Source: Roseateles sp. (lineage in GTDB: Bacteria; Pseudomonadota; Gammaproteobacteria; Burkholderiales; Burkholderiaceae_C). From it: a stretch of DNA of 24,000 nt. The stretch is from assembly GCA_019234295.1 (NCBI GenBank), contig JAFALK010000030.1, positions 1 to 24,000 of the forward strand, in the 5' to 3' direction. Position numbers and translations under genes: made by a program. Shown here piece by piece: positions 1 through 9,020 of this stretch (positions are counted from its first letter, which is position 1; each line of letters starts with the position of its first letter). The notes below the pieces were generated by a model that searched no databases, had not been told where the DNA came from, and was given only the letters and a program-made list of their open reading frames with translations.

Positions 1-459
1 GAGCAAGGCGCGCAGGCCCGAGCGGCCCGTCAGGTCGCGGCCGAACTTGCGCAGCAGCGAGGCACGGCTGACCGGGTAGTTCGCATAGTTGCCAAGGTCC
101 GGATCTTGGGCCGTGCCGGTCTTCACGTGGTGAGTCATGTGGTAGCCACGGTAGATGGCCAGATCCACGAAGACCGGGGCGCCGCAAAGCCAGTTGCCCA
201 CCCACTCGCCGAGCCGGCGCGAACGCAGGAAGGAACGGTGCGCGCACTCGTGTGTGAGGATGCCCAAGCCCAGTTGCCGGCCGCCGAGCACCACGAGGGC
301 CACGAGAACCGTGACCCAAGAGGGCCGCGCCATCACGAGCGCGAAGGCCGCGGCGATCAGCGCCCAGTTCAAGGCCAGCATGCGCCAGGCCAGAAGGTCG
401 GACTTCGCCATGAAGCGCTTGAGCTGCTCGCGCGGCAGGGTGTTCCAGGTGACGGCCAT
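1..459 (-). CDS. Membrane fatty-acid desaturase family protein, N-terminal part (gene runs off the left window edge)
   Basis: Absent from the ORF track because it is open to the edge. My reverse-strand translation from ATG (complement of 457-459) reads MAVTWNTLPREQLKRFMAKSDLLAWRMLALNWALIAAAFALVMARPSWVTVLVALVVLGGRQLGLGILTHECAHRSFLRSRRLGEWVGNWLCGAPVFVDLAIYRGYHMTHHVKTGTAQDPD... It has two hydrophobic helices followed by histidine boxes HECAH (HxxxH) and HMTHH (HxxHH), as in di-iron membrane desaturases. The + strand ORFs 106..474 and 155..490 are Arg/His-rich antisense artefacts. Confidence 0.85.
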   Translation of the reverse strand, partial: MAVTWNTLPREQLKRFMAKSDLLAWRMLALNWALIAAAFALVMARPSWVTVLVALVVLGGRQLGLGILTHECAHRSFLRSRRLGEWVGNWLCGAPVFVDLAIYRGYHMTHHVKTGTAQDPDLGNYANYPVSRASLLRKFGRDLTGRSGLRALL

Positions 460-984
460 GGCGTTGGTGTTTAAGAGACGGCTCCGATAGTGTCCATTGG
501 AGCAGCGGTGGCACATTTTCGGCTATCTTGAAGCGCCAAACGATTGATATGAACCGCCCCGCCGTGCGCGCCGCTCTGCTGCTGCCCGAGCGCGTCTGGG
601 CAGAATCGGCGCGCTCAGGCAAGATTTGCTGCTGGGGTGTCCAGCACGCTGACCTCGCGCGGCACTGACGTGGCTGCCTGTGGCTTGTTCGAACTCGATC
701 TCCTCGCCGACCGGCGCGCGCCCGTGCTCAGTCTCTGCGGTCTGCCTGACCGCTCCCCTATTCCGCTCGAAGCGGCGGCGCGGGCCGGCGCCACTCCCTC
801 GTGTTCGTGCCCGCTCAGGTCGCGCCCAGCGACGAAAGCCCGCCGGCCCGACAGCGCATGGCTAGCTGGATCGCCCCCAGCATGCGCGCGACGCCCCGGA
901 CACCGACGCGCCCATTCTTTCGGGATGGACACCCTGCGGTGACTCGAGCCAAATTACCGAACTTTGAAAAAAGGAAATACTCCA

Positions 985-1305
985 ATGCTCACCCATATCA
1001 ACCAAGCAAGGTCGTCAACCATTCCAGTCGCTGCGGTCATGGTTATGGTCGTTTCGATGCTTGTGACGAGTGCCTCAGCGACATCGCCCCAGCCTGTCAC
1101 TTGGAGCTACCCAGCCCTTCACGGGCTGTGCATCCTTGAGGCTGCCGCTGCCGCCAATGGCGAATCTGCGGCGTATCCGATCGGTCAGGTGGTCGCAACG
1201 AAGACCGGAAAATGGGTGTGCACCGCGGTGATTGCGCGCCAGGTGCCAGTGGAGTTGGCCGGCGTTTGGATCAAGCTTGGTCAGCAGCCCGCCAAGGTCA
1301 ATTGA
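985..1305 (+). CDS. Small secreted hypothetical protein (about 106 aa)
   Basis: The ORF track gives 964..1305 from a TTG. I prefer ATG at 985, which has aaggaaa 8-14 nt upstream. The N-terminus MLTHINQARSSTIPVAAVMVMVVSMLVTSASA-TS looks like a Sec signal peptide with an ASA cleavage site. The mature part has two Cys. It lies in an AT-richer patch with atypical codon usage, and I recognise no family. Confidence 0.4.
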   Translation: MLTHINQARSSTIPVAAVMVMVVSMLVTSASATSPQPVTWSYPALHGLCILEAAAAANGESAAYPIGQVVATKTGKWVCTAVIARQVPVELAGVWIKLGQQPAKVN

Positions 1306-1704
1306 CCTTTGGTTCCACATTTGAAGGCATTGTAGCGATCGCGACCATGTTGACCGGCTTGGGGCAATATTCACAGGGCGGTGCGCGCTTCTTTATTAAC
1401 GTCATTAAGAGCGAAGCCGATCGAGTCATGATGGTCGGGGTTGCAAGACGCGCCACGACGAAAATAACTTGGACCTGTAACCCACCATGCTCATTGGAAT
1501 TGATGCCGAAAATTATCGAACAAATGAAGCTTCCACATCAAAAAAATGGATGACTCCGATTCTTGGCAATTGAGGACGTGATATTTTGCGCATGACTAAC
1601 ATAATTAGCGTCTGTCTGGGTCAGAGAATTCTCCTCAGGTGATGCCGTGAGAGGAAACTTGGCCAACCTCTATGCTTCAGCAAACATCGGTCGCCAAGGC
1701 ATCA

Positions 1705-3009
1705 TCATCCCTTGATGTAATCATGCCAAATTGTGATTGGCACCAATGCAGTCCAGCCACAAAAATCTCGCCGGGATGAATTTCCGGGCGCCACTTGGTC
1801 TGGCGCATAATTTTCCCAGAAGGTACCTGTGGCCTTATAGACTTCGGCCACACACCAGTAGAATTGCCGTGCCAGCCGTTCCGCTAGTGCGTGTTGACCA
1901 ACGGTCTCAAGGCCGCGAATCACCATATAGGTCGTTGGTGCCCAGGAACTGCCGTGCCAATAGCCGCCCTCGGGATCGAAGTCAGGGCTGTCGGCTGGCA
2001 GGGTGGCGACCGGAACTTGGCGCCAGAACTGGTTCGGGTCAGTGAGGTGGGCCAGCAAGGGCGCTAGGCGCGTCTCAGGCACCACACCTGCGACCAGGGT
2101 CCAGAACATGCCAATATGGCGGCGTGGGATGTGCTTGCCGTAGCCGAGGTCGTAATAGAACCCGTCGTCTTCGTTCCAGCAGTGCGCATTGATGGCGTCC
2201 GACGTTTCCTTTGCAGAAATTCGCAATCGTTGAATATCTGTATTCTGGCCGATATGCTGTGCAATCTCGCTCAAGTTATTGGCAAACAGCACCATCTGGG
2301 CCGACATATCGACCGAGCGCCCCTGACGGTTCCACTTGGCGTCCAGGTCACCATAGATGACCCAGTAAAATAGCGGGTTTGAGAACCTGATCCCATGGCC
2401 ATCATCGCGCCAGCCTGATGGGTAGCGCGGAATATTGTCCATTCCGGACCCTAGGGAGTCGCTGAAATACAGATGGTCCTCGCCTCGATAATTTGCGGCA
2501 AGAAAATCGAAAAAACGCACCAGCTTGGGGTACACGGTCTTCAGCCGTTCGAGGTCTCCGGTCTCGCCGAACAACTCAAGCTCAGCAAAGGCTAGCAAGG
2601 GCGGATTGATGCTGACTGGGTGGGACTTCGGCCAATAGGGTGTGCCGTCGGCCTTGTACTCGCGGCAAATGAAACCGTCCGCATCCTGCCGCTGATAAAA
2701 ATTGTCCAGCGCGTTGGCGATCGGTAATTCCTTGGGGTGGAATTTCGCGTAGGTCGCAATGAAGCAGGTATCCCAGAGGTAAATGCTGCCGCTGAAGGCG
2801 GCATCGACAAAGGGTTTTTTATAAACCGGGTCGTTCGGGCCGCCGCGGACCTTTTGCTTGGCCAGCTTTAGAGCTTGGTCATACATCTCGTGCTGCAAGG
2901 CTAATGGGACAGCCCAGTCTCTCGCTTCAGCGGCCGCAAACGCCTCGGTGGACATGGAGGCGGCCCATGCCGCAAGGCCTGACAAACATTGGCGACGAGA
3001 TAGCGTCAT
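1705..3009 (-). CDS. Exported (Tat-signal) glycoside hydrolase, GH63/GH37-like (alpha/alpha)6-barrel, MGH1-like
   Basis: 434-aa ORF. The N-terminus MTLSRRQCLSGLAAWAASMSTEAFAAA carries a twin-arginine motif (SRRQCL). Body motifs resemble trehalase/GH63-type enzymes: YLWDTCF, GSGMDNIPR, GGYWHGSSWAPTTYMVIRGL, FWENYAPD. Specificity cannot be read from the sequence. Confidence 0.8.
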   Translation of the reverse strand: MTLSRRQCLSGLAAWAASMSTEAFAAAEARDWAVPLALQHEMYDQALKLAKQKVRGGPNDPVYKKPFVDAAFSGSIYLWDTCFIATYAKFHPKELPIANALDNFYQRQDADGFICREYKADGTPYWPKSHPVSINPPLLAFAELELFGETGDLERLKTVYPKLVRFFDFLAANYRGEDHLYFSDSLGSGMDNIPRYPSGWRDDGHGIRFSNPLFYWVIYGDLDAKWNRQGRSVDMSAQMVLFANNLSEIAQHIGQNTDIQRLRISAKETSDAINAHCWNEDDGFYYDLGYGKHIPRRHIGMFWTLVAGVVPETRLAPLLAHLTDPNQFWRQVPVATLPADSPDFDPEGGYWHGSSWAPTTYMVIRGLETVGQHALAERLARQFYWCVAEVYKATGTFWENYAPDQVAPGNSSRRDFCGWTALVPITIWHDYIKG

Positions 3010-3230
3010 GATCGACCCTGATGTGTTTGGAGCCGGCCGCTAATTCTTTTGCCATTTTGGGTTCAGCGGCGCCCCACAATCTCCCGCCACGTTATATATC
3101 GACTCGAGATCGCCAAGCCTTGCCAAACCGGCCAATTGCGATGTCATTTGCGGACAAGCGACGCAGTGCGATTGGTTTTCCCGCGTGTTTATGCAATTCT
3201 CGCCAGCCGTTCAAGAACTAAGGGAGCGAC

Positions 3231-5231
3231 ATGAGACTTGGCATGCGGACAAAGTTGGGGGCGAAGCTCCTGGCAGCAGTCATCTTGCTGTTACCTTACC
3301 TGTGCCATGGCGCCGAAGACGCCTTCACGGATCTTCTGGACTTCCATGGCGCGCCCACCGGCGCTGATGACCGCAGTTTCAATATCTTCTTCGACGCGGG
3401 CGCCTGGCACGGCTACAGCCTCGTGCCGGAGAAGGATGTCGATACCGGCTTCACCGGCCCCTTCATCCACAGCCTGGGCAAGGGGCAATGGGTCGGGAGC
3501 TATGTGGGACGCCTTCATTTGCGCGACGCGGACACGGGTCGTGATCTGGCCCTCAAGCCCGATGCTGCATCAGGTCACGCCGCGCCCGGCTATCTGCAGC
3601 GCAGTTATTCGAGCGATGAGCTGAAGGTCACCGAGACCTTGTTTTTTGCCGATTCATGGCACGCCCTGGTGCGCATCGAGTTGAGCGCTCCCTCGCTGCG
3701 CCACATCGCCTTGCGCACGACCGGGCGCCCTGTGGTGTCACGCAGGGCAACGGTCTCTACGGCGGGCGACCAGGTGCTTCAGCGCTTTGCCGGCACCAAG
3801 ACCGTCTTGACCACACGCTTGATCGCCACCGGAGCCACCGCGCAGCCCGCTCGATTGACGGCCACGGAGTTCAGCCTGGCGCTGAACGAGACGCTGACGG
3901 TCGGCCCGGACCGCCCCACGGTGGTCAACATTGAACAGGCCGCGACCTACGACAACGACGTCGAACACCCCGCACCCGTCGATGTCGAGCATGCGTGGGA
4001 AGCCAACCGGCTGCGCTGGGCCCGCTATCTCGCCCCGGTCGCGTCTGTCCATCTCGCCGGTCTGCCCGACGACGAAGCTCGCCGCATGGCGGCCAAGGCC
4101 ATCGTGACGCTGATCGGGAACTGGCGCGCAGCACGCGGCGAACTGTTGCATGACGGCGTGATCCCGTCCTATTCAGATTCGAATTACAACGGCTTTTGGG
4201 CCTGGGACTCGTGGAAGCATGTCGCCGCCCTCGCGTCCATTGCCCCGGAGCTTGCACGCGATCAGATGCGCGCGATGTTCGATTATCAGACCGCGAACGG
4301 CATGGTGCCGGATTGCATTTTCCTGAACAAAGCCGACAACAACGCACGCGACAGCAAACCGCCCCTGGCCGGATGGGCGGCTTGGCGTCTGTTCCAGGCA
4401 AGCGGCGACCGTGACTTCCTGGCGACCATGTATGACAAGCTGGTTCGCTACCACCGCTGGTGGTATGCCGAGCGAGATCACGATCACAACGGGTTGGCCG
4501 AATACGGCGCCACCGACGGCACGCGGGTCGCGGCGGCGTGGGAAAGCGGCATGGACAATGCAGCCCGCTTCGATGACATCGAGATGCTCAGGAACGGCCC
4601 GCACGCATGGTCGGCTAACCAGGAGTCCGTCGACCTCAACACGTATCTGTATGAAGAAAAGCGTGATCTCGCGAACATCGCCGGCGTCCTTGGATTGGTC
4701 GATGAGCGGCAGAAATGGCTGGACGAGGCGGAAAGCTTGAAGGCTGTGGTCCAGGCGCAGTTCTACGATGCCAAGCTGGCATACTTTTTCGATAGAAGAT
4801 TGCACGACGGCGCCTTGATTCGCATCTTCGGCCCCGAGGGGTGGATTCCGCTGTGGGCCGGACTGGCAAGCAGCGAGCAGGCTCGGCATGTAGCGATCGC
4901 GATGACCGACCCTCGCAAGTTCGCCACCAAGATGCCATTTCCATCACTGGCAGCGGACGACCCGCGGTTTTCACCGGTCAAGGGCTATTGGCGTGGGACC
5001 GTTTGGATCGACCAGGCCTACTTCGCCGTTTCGGGCCTGCGGCGTTACGGGTTTGGCCGAGAGGCCGATGCCATGGCGCTTCGCCTCGTGTCCAGCGCCC
5101 AAGGGCTGGCCGCTCAAACGCCATTCCATGAGGTGTACGACCCGCTCACTGGCCATGGCCTGCATGCACCCAATTTCAGCTGGTCCGCTGCTCACTTCTT
5201 CATGCTGTTGGTGGATTCAAATCAGCACTGA
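3231..5231 (+). CDS. Exported GH63-family glycosidase, YgjK-like
   Basis: 666-aa ORF with SD aagggag 5 nt before the ATG. Sec signal MRLGMRTKLGAKLLAAVILLLPYLCHG-AE. A long N-terminal beta-rich region precedes catalytic-domain motifs resembling E. coli YgjK/GH63: FWAWDSWKH, DSKPPLAGWAAW, HNGLAEYGATDG, AWESGMDNAARFD, GYWRGTVWIDQAYF, HEVYDPLTG. Confidence 0.85.
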   Translation: MRLGMRTKLGAKLLAAVILLLPYLCHGAEDAFTDLLDFHGAPTGADDRSFNIFFDAGAWHGYSLVPEKDVDTGFTGPFIHSLGKGQWVGSYVGRLHLRDADTGRDLALKPDAASGHAAPGYLQRSYSSDELKVTETLFFADSWHALVRIELSAPSLRHIALRTTGRPVVSRRATVSTAGDQVLQRFAGTKTVLTTRLIATGATAQPARLTATEFSLALNETLTVGPDRPTVVNIEQAATYDNDVEHPAPVDVEHAWEANRLRWARYLAPVASVHLAGLPDDEARRMAAKAIVTLIGNWRAARGELLHDGVIPSYSDSNYNGFWAWDSWKHVAALASIAPELARDQMRAMFDYQTANGMVPDCIFLNKADNNARDSKPPLAGWAAWRLFQASGDRDFLATMYDKLVRYHRWWYAERDHDHNGLAEYGATDGTRVAAAWESGMDNAARFDDIEMLRNGPHAWSANQESVDLNTYLYEEKRDLANIAGVLGLVDERQKWLDEAESLKAVVQAQFYDAKLAYFFDRRLHDGALIRIFGPEGWIPLWAGLASSEQARHVAIAMTDPRKFATKMPFPSLAADDPRFSPVKGYWRGTVWIDQAYFAVSGLRRYGFGREADAMALRLVSSAQGLAAQTPFHEVYDPLTGHGLHAPNFSWSAAHFFMLLVDSNQH

Positions 5232-5358
5232 ATTGGGACCGGTTTGCGATCGTGCCAAATCATCGGCGATTGACGCGAGAACTGGTGTGGCCGCGGTGGC
5301 GGCGCTCATCGCATCCCTTGATAGCTCAAATGCCTTGCAGTGTGGATGGGACGGATCC

Positions 5359-5388
5359 GGCCCGGCCGAGGCACCCGGTGGCCGGGCC
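5359..5388 (+). terminator. GC-rich hairpin downstream of the GH63 gene (possible terminator)
   Basis: ggcccggcc (5359-5367) and ggccgggcc (5380-5388) form a perfect 9-bp stem around a 12-nt loop. No U-tract follows, so a terminator function is uncertain. Confidence 0.3.
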
Positions 5389-5514
5389 CGGGCGACCTTA
5401 ATTCGGCGATGCTGCTGATGCAGAATCCTTCCACGCCGTCGGTCCTGCCTGGATGCCGCAACCGCGCTGCATCAGGGGGCTCATGCTGCGACGCGGCCTT
5501 TTTGCGAGCTACCT

Positions 5515-6291
5515 ATGCTTCGAATGCTGTGCTTGGTCCTGCTGGCGACGTTGACGACGAATGAATGCGCGGCCGCGCCCATATCGGTCTGCATACAGCC
5601 GGGGCCGCCGCCCTGGGCCTATTGGCAGGACAGCGCGAGCAACGCGACCAAACGGACACTGACAGGCATCTCGGTCGAAACCGTGCGGGCGGCCTTTCAG
5701 CAAATCGGGCAGTCGGTCGATATTCGGGGTGACTTGCCCTGGGCACGCTGCATGGAGATGGTCGAAAAGGGCCTGATCGACTTCGCGATGGACGCCTTCT
5801 TCGACAGTGAGCGCGCCAAGCGTTTCGACTACTCGATCCACTATCGCAGTGCGACGCCGCAGATCTTTTTTCGCCGCGCCGACCCCGTGGTGATCGGGCA
5901 CGTGTCCGAGCTGAAGCGCTACCGCGGCTGCGGGCTGCACGGTTGGAGTTACGAGCACTATGGTCTGTCCAAGAACGACCTGGACATCGGTTTTGTCTTT
6001 GAAAACATGGTCAAGAAGCTCAAAGCTAAGCGCTGTGACTACTTTGTCGACGAGATCGAGACCGTTTACAACCACAAGTTCATCGGCGACGACTACCTGG
6101 CCGATCCCGAACTGGGTCACGGACCGGTGCCAGGTGCCCAAGTACCGACCTCGCACCTGATGACGGCCAAGGGATCGCCCGCCTCCAGGCTGCTGCCAGC
6201 CCTCGATAAGGCGCTCGCCGGCTTGATCAAATCAGGCCAAGCCGAGGCGATCTGGGCGCAGCACACCAAAGAATTGCCGTTCAAGCCCTAG
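5515..6291 (+). CDS. Periplasmic solute-binding protein, family 3 (amino-acid/polar-solute SBP fold), orphan
   Basis: 258-aa ORF with signal peptide MLRMLCLVLLATLTTNECAAA. The layout is typical of SBP_bac_3-like proteins (GISVETVRAAFQQIGQSVDI..., LPWARCMEMVEKGLIDFAMDAF..., KKLKAKRCDYFV). No permease or ATPase gene is adjacent. Confidence 0.75.
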   Translation: MLRMLCLVLLATLTTNECAAAPISVCIQPGPPPWAYWQDSASNATKRTLTGISVETVRAAFQQIGQSVDIRGDLPWARCMEMVEKGLIDFAMDAFFDSERAKRFDYSIHYRSATPQIFFRRADPVVIGHVSELKRYRGCGLHGWSYEHYGLSKNDLDIGFVFENMVKKLKAKRCDYFVDEIETVYNHKFIGDDYLADPELGHGPVPGAQVPTSHLMTAKGSPASRLLPALDKALAGLIKSGQAEAIWAQHTKELPFKP

Positions 6292-6736
6292 GAATGGCCG
6301 ACAGTCATGAGTGGCTCCCCCGCCTGTCGCAGCGCCAAGGCGAGTGGCGGTGCCAGTCCGAAGCCGATGAGGCCCTTGCTCCACGCTCGGGAGCCTGAGC
6401 GTCTGGAGCGCGTGCGACTGCCTGGCGCCAACGACTGGCCCAGCGACCGCCTCCAGGCAGGCTGGCTCCCGGACATGAACGACCGCTCAAGGTATCGACA
6501 CTTGCCGGCCACTTCTAGACAGCTCGAACGCCAGCAAACTGGCGTCCAAACCGGGAAGACCTAGGTCGGCAACGGATCGGGCATGATCGACAAGGCCCGT
6601 TATCCGACCGAAGTGCATATTCACAGTCCCGACCCCAACCGGTCACCCGCGAGAGGCTGCTCTCGCTCTCGGGTAGGTAAATCATGAGATAAGAGGGCGA
6701 TGTCTCCATTCACACCAAGGCGCGTGGCTGTGTCCA

Positions 6737-7246
6737 ATGGCTAACTCCGTGATCGTGATGGGTGTGGCTGGCTGCGGCAAGTCGAGTCTCGGGCGTGCCC
6801 TTGCCGTCGCGCTGCACTGCCCGCTCATTGAGGGGGACGAGTTCCACAGCGCCATCAGCAACGACAAGATGCGCCGCGGCATAGCGCTGGACGATGCCGA
6901 TCGGGCCGACTGGCTCGATCTCCTGGGCGAGCAACTGCGCGCGCATCCCGAACGCGTCGTGCTGACCTGTTCTGCTCTCAAGCGCAGCTACCGCGACCAG
7001 CTGCGCTTGGCCTCTCCCGGGCTCAAGTTCGCCTTCCTGCGCATTGATCCGGTCCATGCGATGCAGCGCGTGAGCGCGCGGGCCAGTGCGCATCTGTTTC
7101 CGCCCTCCCTGGTGGCTAGCCAGTTCGAAGCGCTCGAGTCACCCGAGGGCGAACCCGGTGTACTTGTGCTGAACGCCACGGCCCCCTTGGATCAAATCGT
7201 GGAGGCCGTCGTGACCTGGACGACCTCGACCACAGACGCGGCTTGA
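6737..7246 (+). CDS. gntK: Gluconokinase (GntK/IdnK family)
   Basis: 169 aa. P-loop VIVMGVAGCGKSSLGRALA is followed by EGDEFHS, KMRRGIALDDADRADWL and LTCSALKRSYRDQLR, the characteristic gluconate kinase pattern. Confidence 0.9.
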   Translation: MANSVIVMGVAGCGKSSLGRALAVALHCPLIEGDEFHSAISNDKMRRGIALDDADRADWLDLLGEQLRAHPERVVLTCSALKRSYRDQLRLASPGLKFAFLRIDPVHAMQRVSARASAHLFPPSLVASQFEALESPEGEPGVLVLNATAPLDQIVEAVVTWTTSTTDAA

Positions 7247-7520
7247 CTGCAGGTCCGACCGCCCTCTTTCGCATCGCCGCCAGGGGACAACGAAGCATCA
7301 CTTGTACGGACGCAAAGTGCCGAACCGGCGCCCGATGTTCGGTCCGTTGTTGGGCGTGGGCACTGGGGGACTCTGTGGCTGGCGCTGAAATGCGATCTCG
7401 CGGTCTCGGCCACTTGCTGACGTTCGTCAGCGTCAGCTATCAGGAAGTCTGATGGGCCGGCTACAGCTCGCTGAGGCCACCGGAACGCGCCTGATGATCT
7501 TGCGTACGCGACGGCAGGGC

Positions 7521-7572
7521 TTGACCCCAGATAACCAGCGGATAAGATGTATACACTCAGAAGGATATACAT
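7521..7572 (+). promoter_or_regulatory. Candidate vapBC promoter plus inverted-repeat operator
   Basis: TTGACC (7521-7526), a 16-nt spacer, then TAAGAT (7543-7548). Inverted repeat ATGTATA (7547-7553) / TATACAT (7566-7572) spans the -10 element to the start codon, as expected for an autorepressed TA operon. The SD aagga at 7561-7565 lies inside it. Confidence 0.4.
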
Positions 7573-7573
7573 C

Positions 7574-7819
7574 ATGGACCTGCAAGTAGCCAAATGGGGT
7601 AACAGTCTTGCCCTACGGATCCCCTCCGAGGTCGTGCGCCGCCTCGGCTTGCGCGAAGGTGCAACTGTGCAGGCGCAACTCACCGTCGATGGCAGTCTGT
7701 CCATTCGACCGGCGCAGTGGAATCGCAAGGCATTTGCGCTCGAGTTGACCCATGCCCGCAGTGCCATGCCCATGAGCGAGCCCGTGATGGAGGAGCTGCG
7801 CAGCGGTGCGCGGTACTGA
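7574..7819 (+). CDS. vapB: AbrB/MazE/SpoVT-fold antitoxin (VapB)
   Basis: I chose ATG 7574 rather than the track start 7547. MDLQVAKWGNSLALRIPSEVVRRLGLREGATV is the classic swapped-hairpin AbrB-type antitoxin N-terminus. Its stop lies 1 nt before the PIN gene start. Confidence 0.85.
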   Translation: MDLQVAKWGNSLALRIPSEVVRRLGLREGATVQAQLTVDGSLSIRPAQWNRKAFALELTHARSAMPMSEPVMEELRSGARY

Positions 7820-7820
7820 C

Positions 7821-8255
7821 ATGGTCTATGTCGATACCAGCGTCCTCGTGCCGTTGTTCCTGAATGAGCCGTACAGCGCGGCGGTAGCCGACTGGTACGC
7901 CCGCGAAAAGAGTGAGCTCGTTGCCGCGGCTTGGTGCATTCCGGAGTTCGCCAGCGCCCTCGGTATCAAGCAGCGCACCGGTGCCATCGATTTCCAGCAG
8001 GCACAGGGGGCCTGGGCACGCTTCGAACGCATGGTAGCTGCTGACCTTCGACTGCTACCGGTTGAGCCCGCCACCTTCCATCGCGCGGCCGAGTTGGTGC
8101 TCGACGCGTCGAGCGCATTGCGAGCCGGCGATGCCCTGCATTTGGCGTGCGCCGAGGCTGCGGGTGCGAAGCGCATGGCAACCTTGGACGACGTCTTGAG
8201 CCGCAACGCACAGCGACTGAAAATCAAGTCGGTGGTTTTGCGTGACGCGCCCTGA
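7821..8255 (+). CDS. vapC: PIN-domain ribonuclease toxin (VapC)
   Basis: I chose ATG 7821 (MVYVDTSVLVPLF). The PIN acidic residue pattern is present: D in VYVDTS, E in IPEFASAL, D in AGDALHLA, D in TLDD. The gene is tightly coupled to the upstream antitoxin. Confidence 0.9.
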   Translation: MVYVDTSVLVPLFLNEPYSAAVADWYAREKSELVAAAWCIPEFASALGIKQRTGAIDFQQAQGAWARFERMVAADLRLLPVEPATFHRAAELVLDASSALRAGDALHLACAEAAGAKRMATLDDVLSRNAQRLKIKSVVLRDAP

Positions 8256-8552
8256 AAGATGCGACGGGCTCGAAATGGCGTGAACGGCGGCACTCATGGA
8301 CCCGCATTCGGGGGCGCCGGTCCGCATGCATGCGAGCGGCTGCTTTGAAGATCCAGACTGCTAAGCCAAGCCTGCAAACTTCGCTTGCACCTACTCAACG
8401 CAAAGCTCCGGCAATCCGATGATCTCGGCTCAGCGCGCGGCTGAAGCTGACCAGCACAAAGACTTGCCTGCTCCCAGTCAACTTGGCTCGAAGCCTGGCG
8501 TTACAGTTGACGGGGCCGATCACGTCTCCCGTTTCGCAAAGGACCACTCATC

Positions 8553-9020
8553 ATGAAAATCTCCCTATCGAAGAACATCGCCGTGCTCGCGTTCTCGATC
8601 CTTGCACCCCTGGCCGCCAGCGCGCAGCAACTGCCCGGGAAGCATCCGGGGTATTTGCACGCGCTTTCCGATCTGAGGGCTGCGCGCTGGTTCCTCTACC
8701 ATCAACCGGGCGATGCCAAAGTGTCCGGTTCCGAGGATGTCGCCATCACCGAAATTGATGCTGCCATCGGTGAGATCAAGCGGGCATCGATCGACGATGG
8801 CAAGGACCTTAACGATCACCCTGCAGTGGATGTCAAGGAACACGGCAGCCGTCTGCTCAAGTCCATTGAGACGCTGAAGAAGGCTCGGGAAGACATCGGC
8901 AAGGAAGAGGACAACCCCGAAGCCCGCCAGCTGCGCCACCGAGCTTACGAACATATTGATCGCGCGATCAAGGCTGCCGAAAAAGCGCACGCCGACTGGT
9001 TGAAAGAGGTCAACAGGTAG
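8553..9020 (+). CDS. Secreted hypothetical protein, predicted helical (155 aa)
   Basis: Signal peptide MKISLSKNIAVLAFSILAPLAASA-QQ with aagga upstream. The mature part is charged and helix-like (HPGYLHALSDLRAARWFL, LLKSIETLKKAREDIGKEED, RHRAYEHIDRAIKAAEKAHADWLKE). I recognise no family. Confidence 0.7.
   Translation: MKISLSKNIAVLAFSILAPLAASAQQLPGKHPGYLHALSDLRAARWFLYHQPGDAKVSGSEDVAITEIDAAIGEIKRASIDDGKDLNDHPAVDVKEHGSRLLKSIETLKKAREDIGKEEDNPEARQLRHRAYEHIDRAIKAAEKAHADWLKEVNR

Noticed and set aside
106-490. + strand ORFs 106..474 and 155..490
   Set aside because: They are antisense to the well-supported desaturase frame and have His/Arg/Gly-rich composition.
615-942. Overlapping ORFs 615..932 (-) and 637..942 (+) in the 500-bp gap after the desaturase start
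   Set aside because: Both have only moderate GC3 by my count (about 75-78 percent), Arg/Ser/Pro-rich products, no SD and no motif. I cannot prefer either, so neither is called. blastx could overturn this.
3738-4974. Minus-strand ORFs inside the GH63 gene (3738..4151, 3925..4401, 4173..4889, 4636..4974)
   Set aside because: They are shadow frames of a strongly supported + strand gene, with no motifs and Arg-rich composition.
6292-6736. ORFs 6307..6564 (+), 6288..6512 (-) and 6305..6490 (-) in the 445-bp gap before gntK
   Set aside because: All three overlap one another and have Arg/Ser/Pro/Gly-rich products, with no SD or motif. The region is treated as non-coding or a possible decayed gene, and cannot be resolved without blastx.
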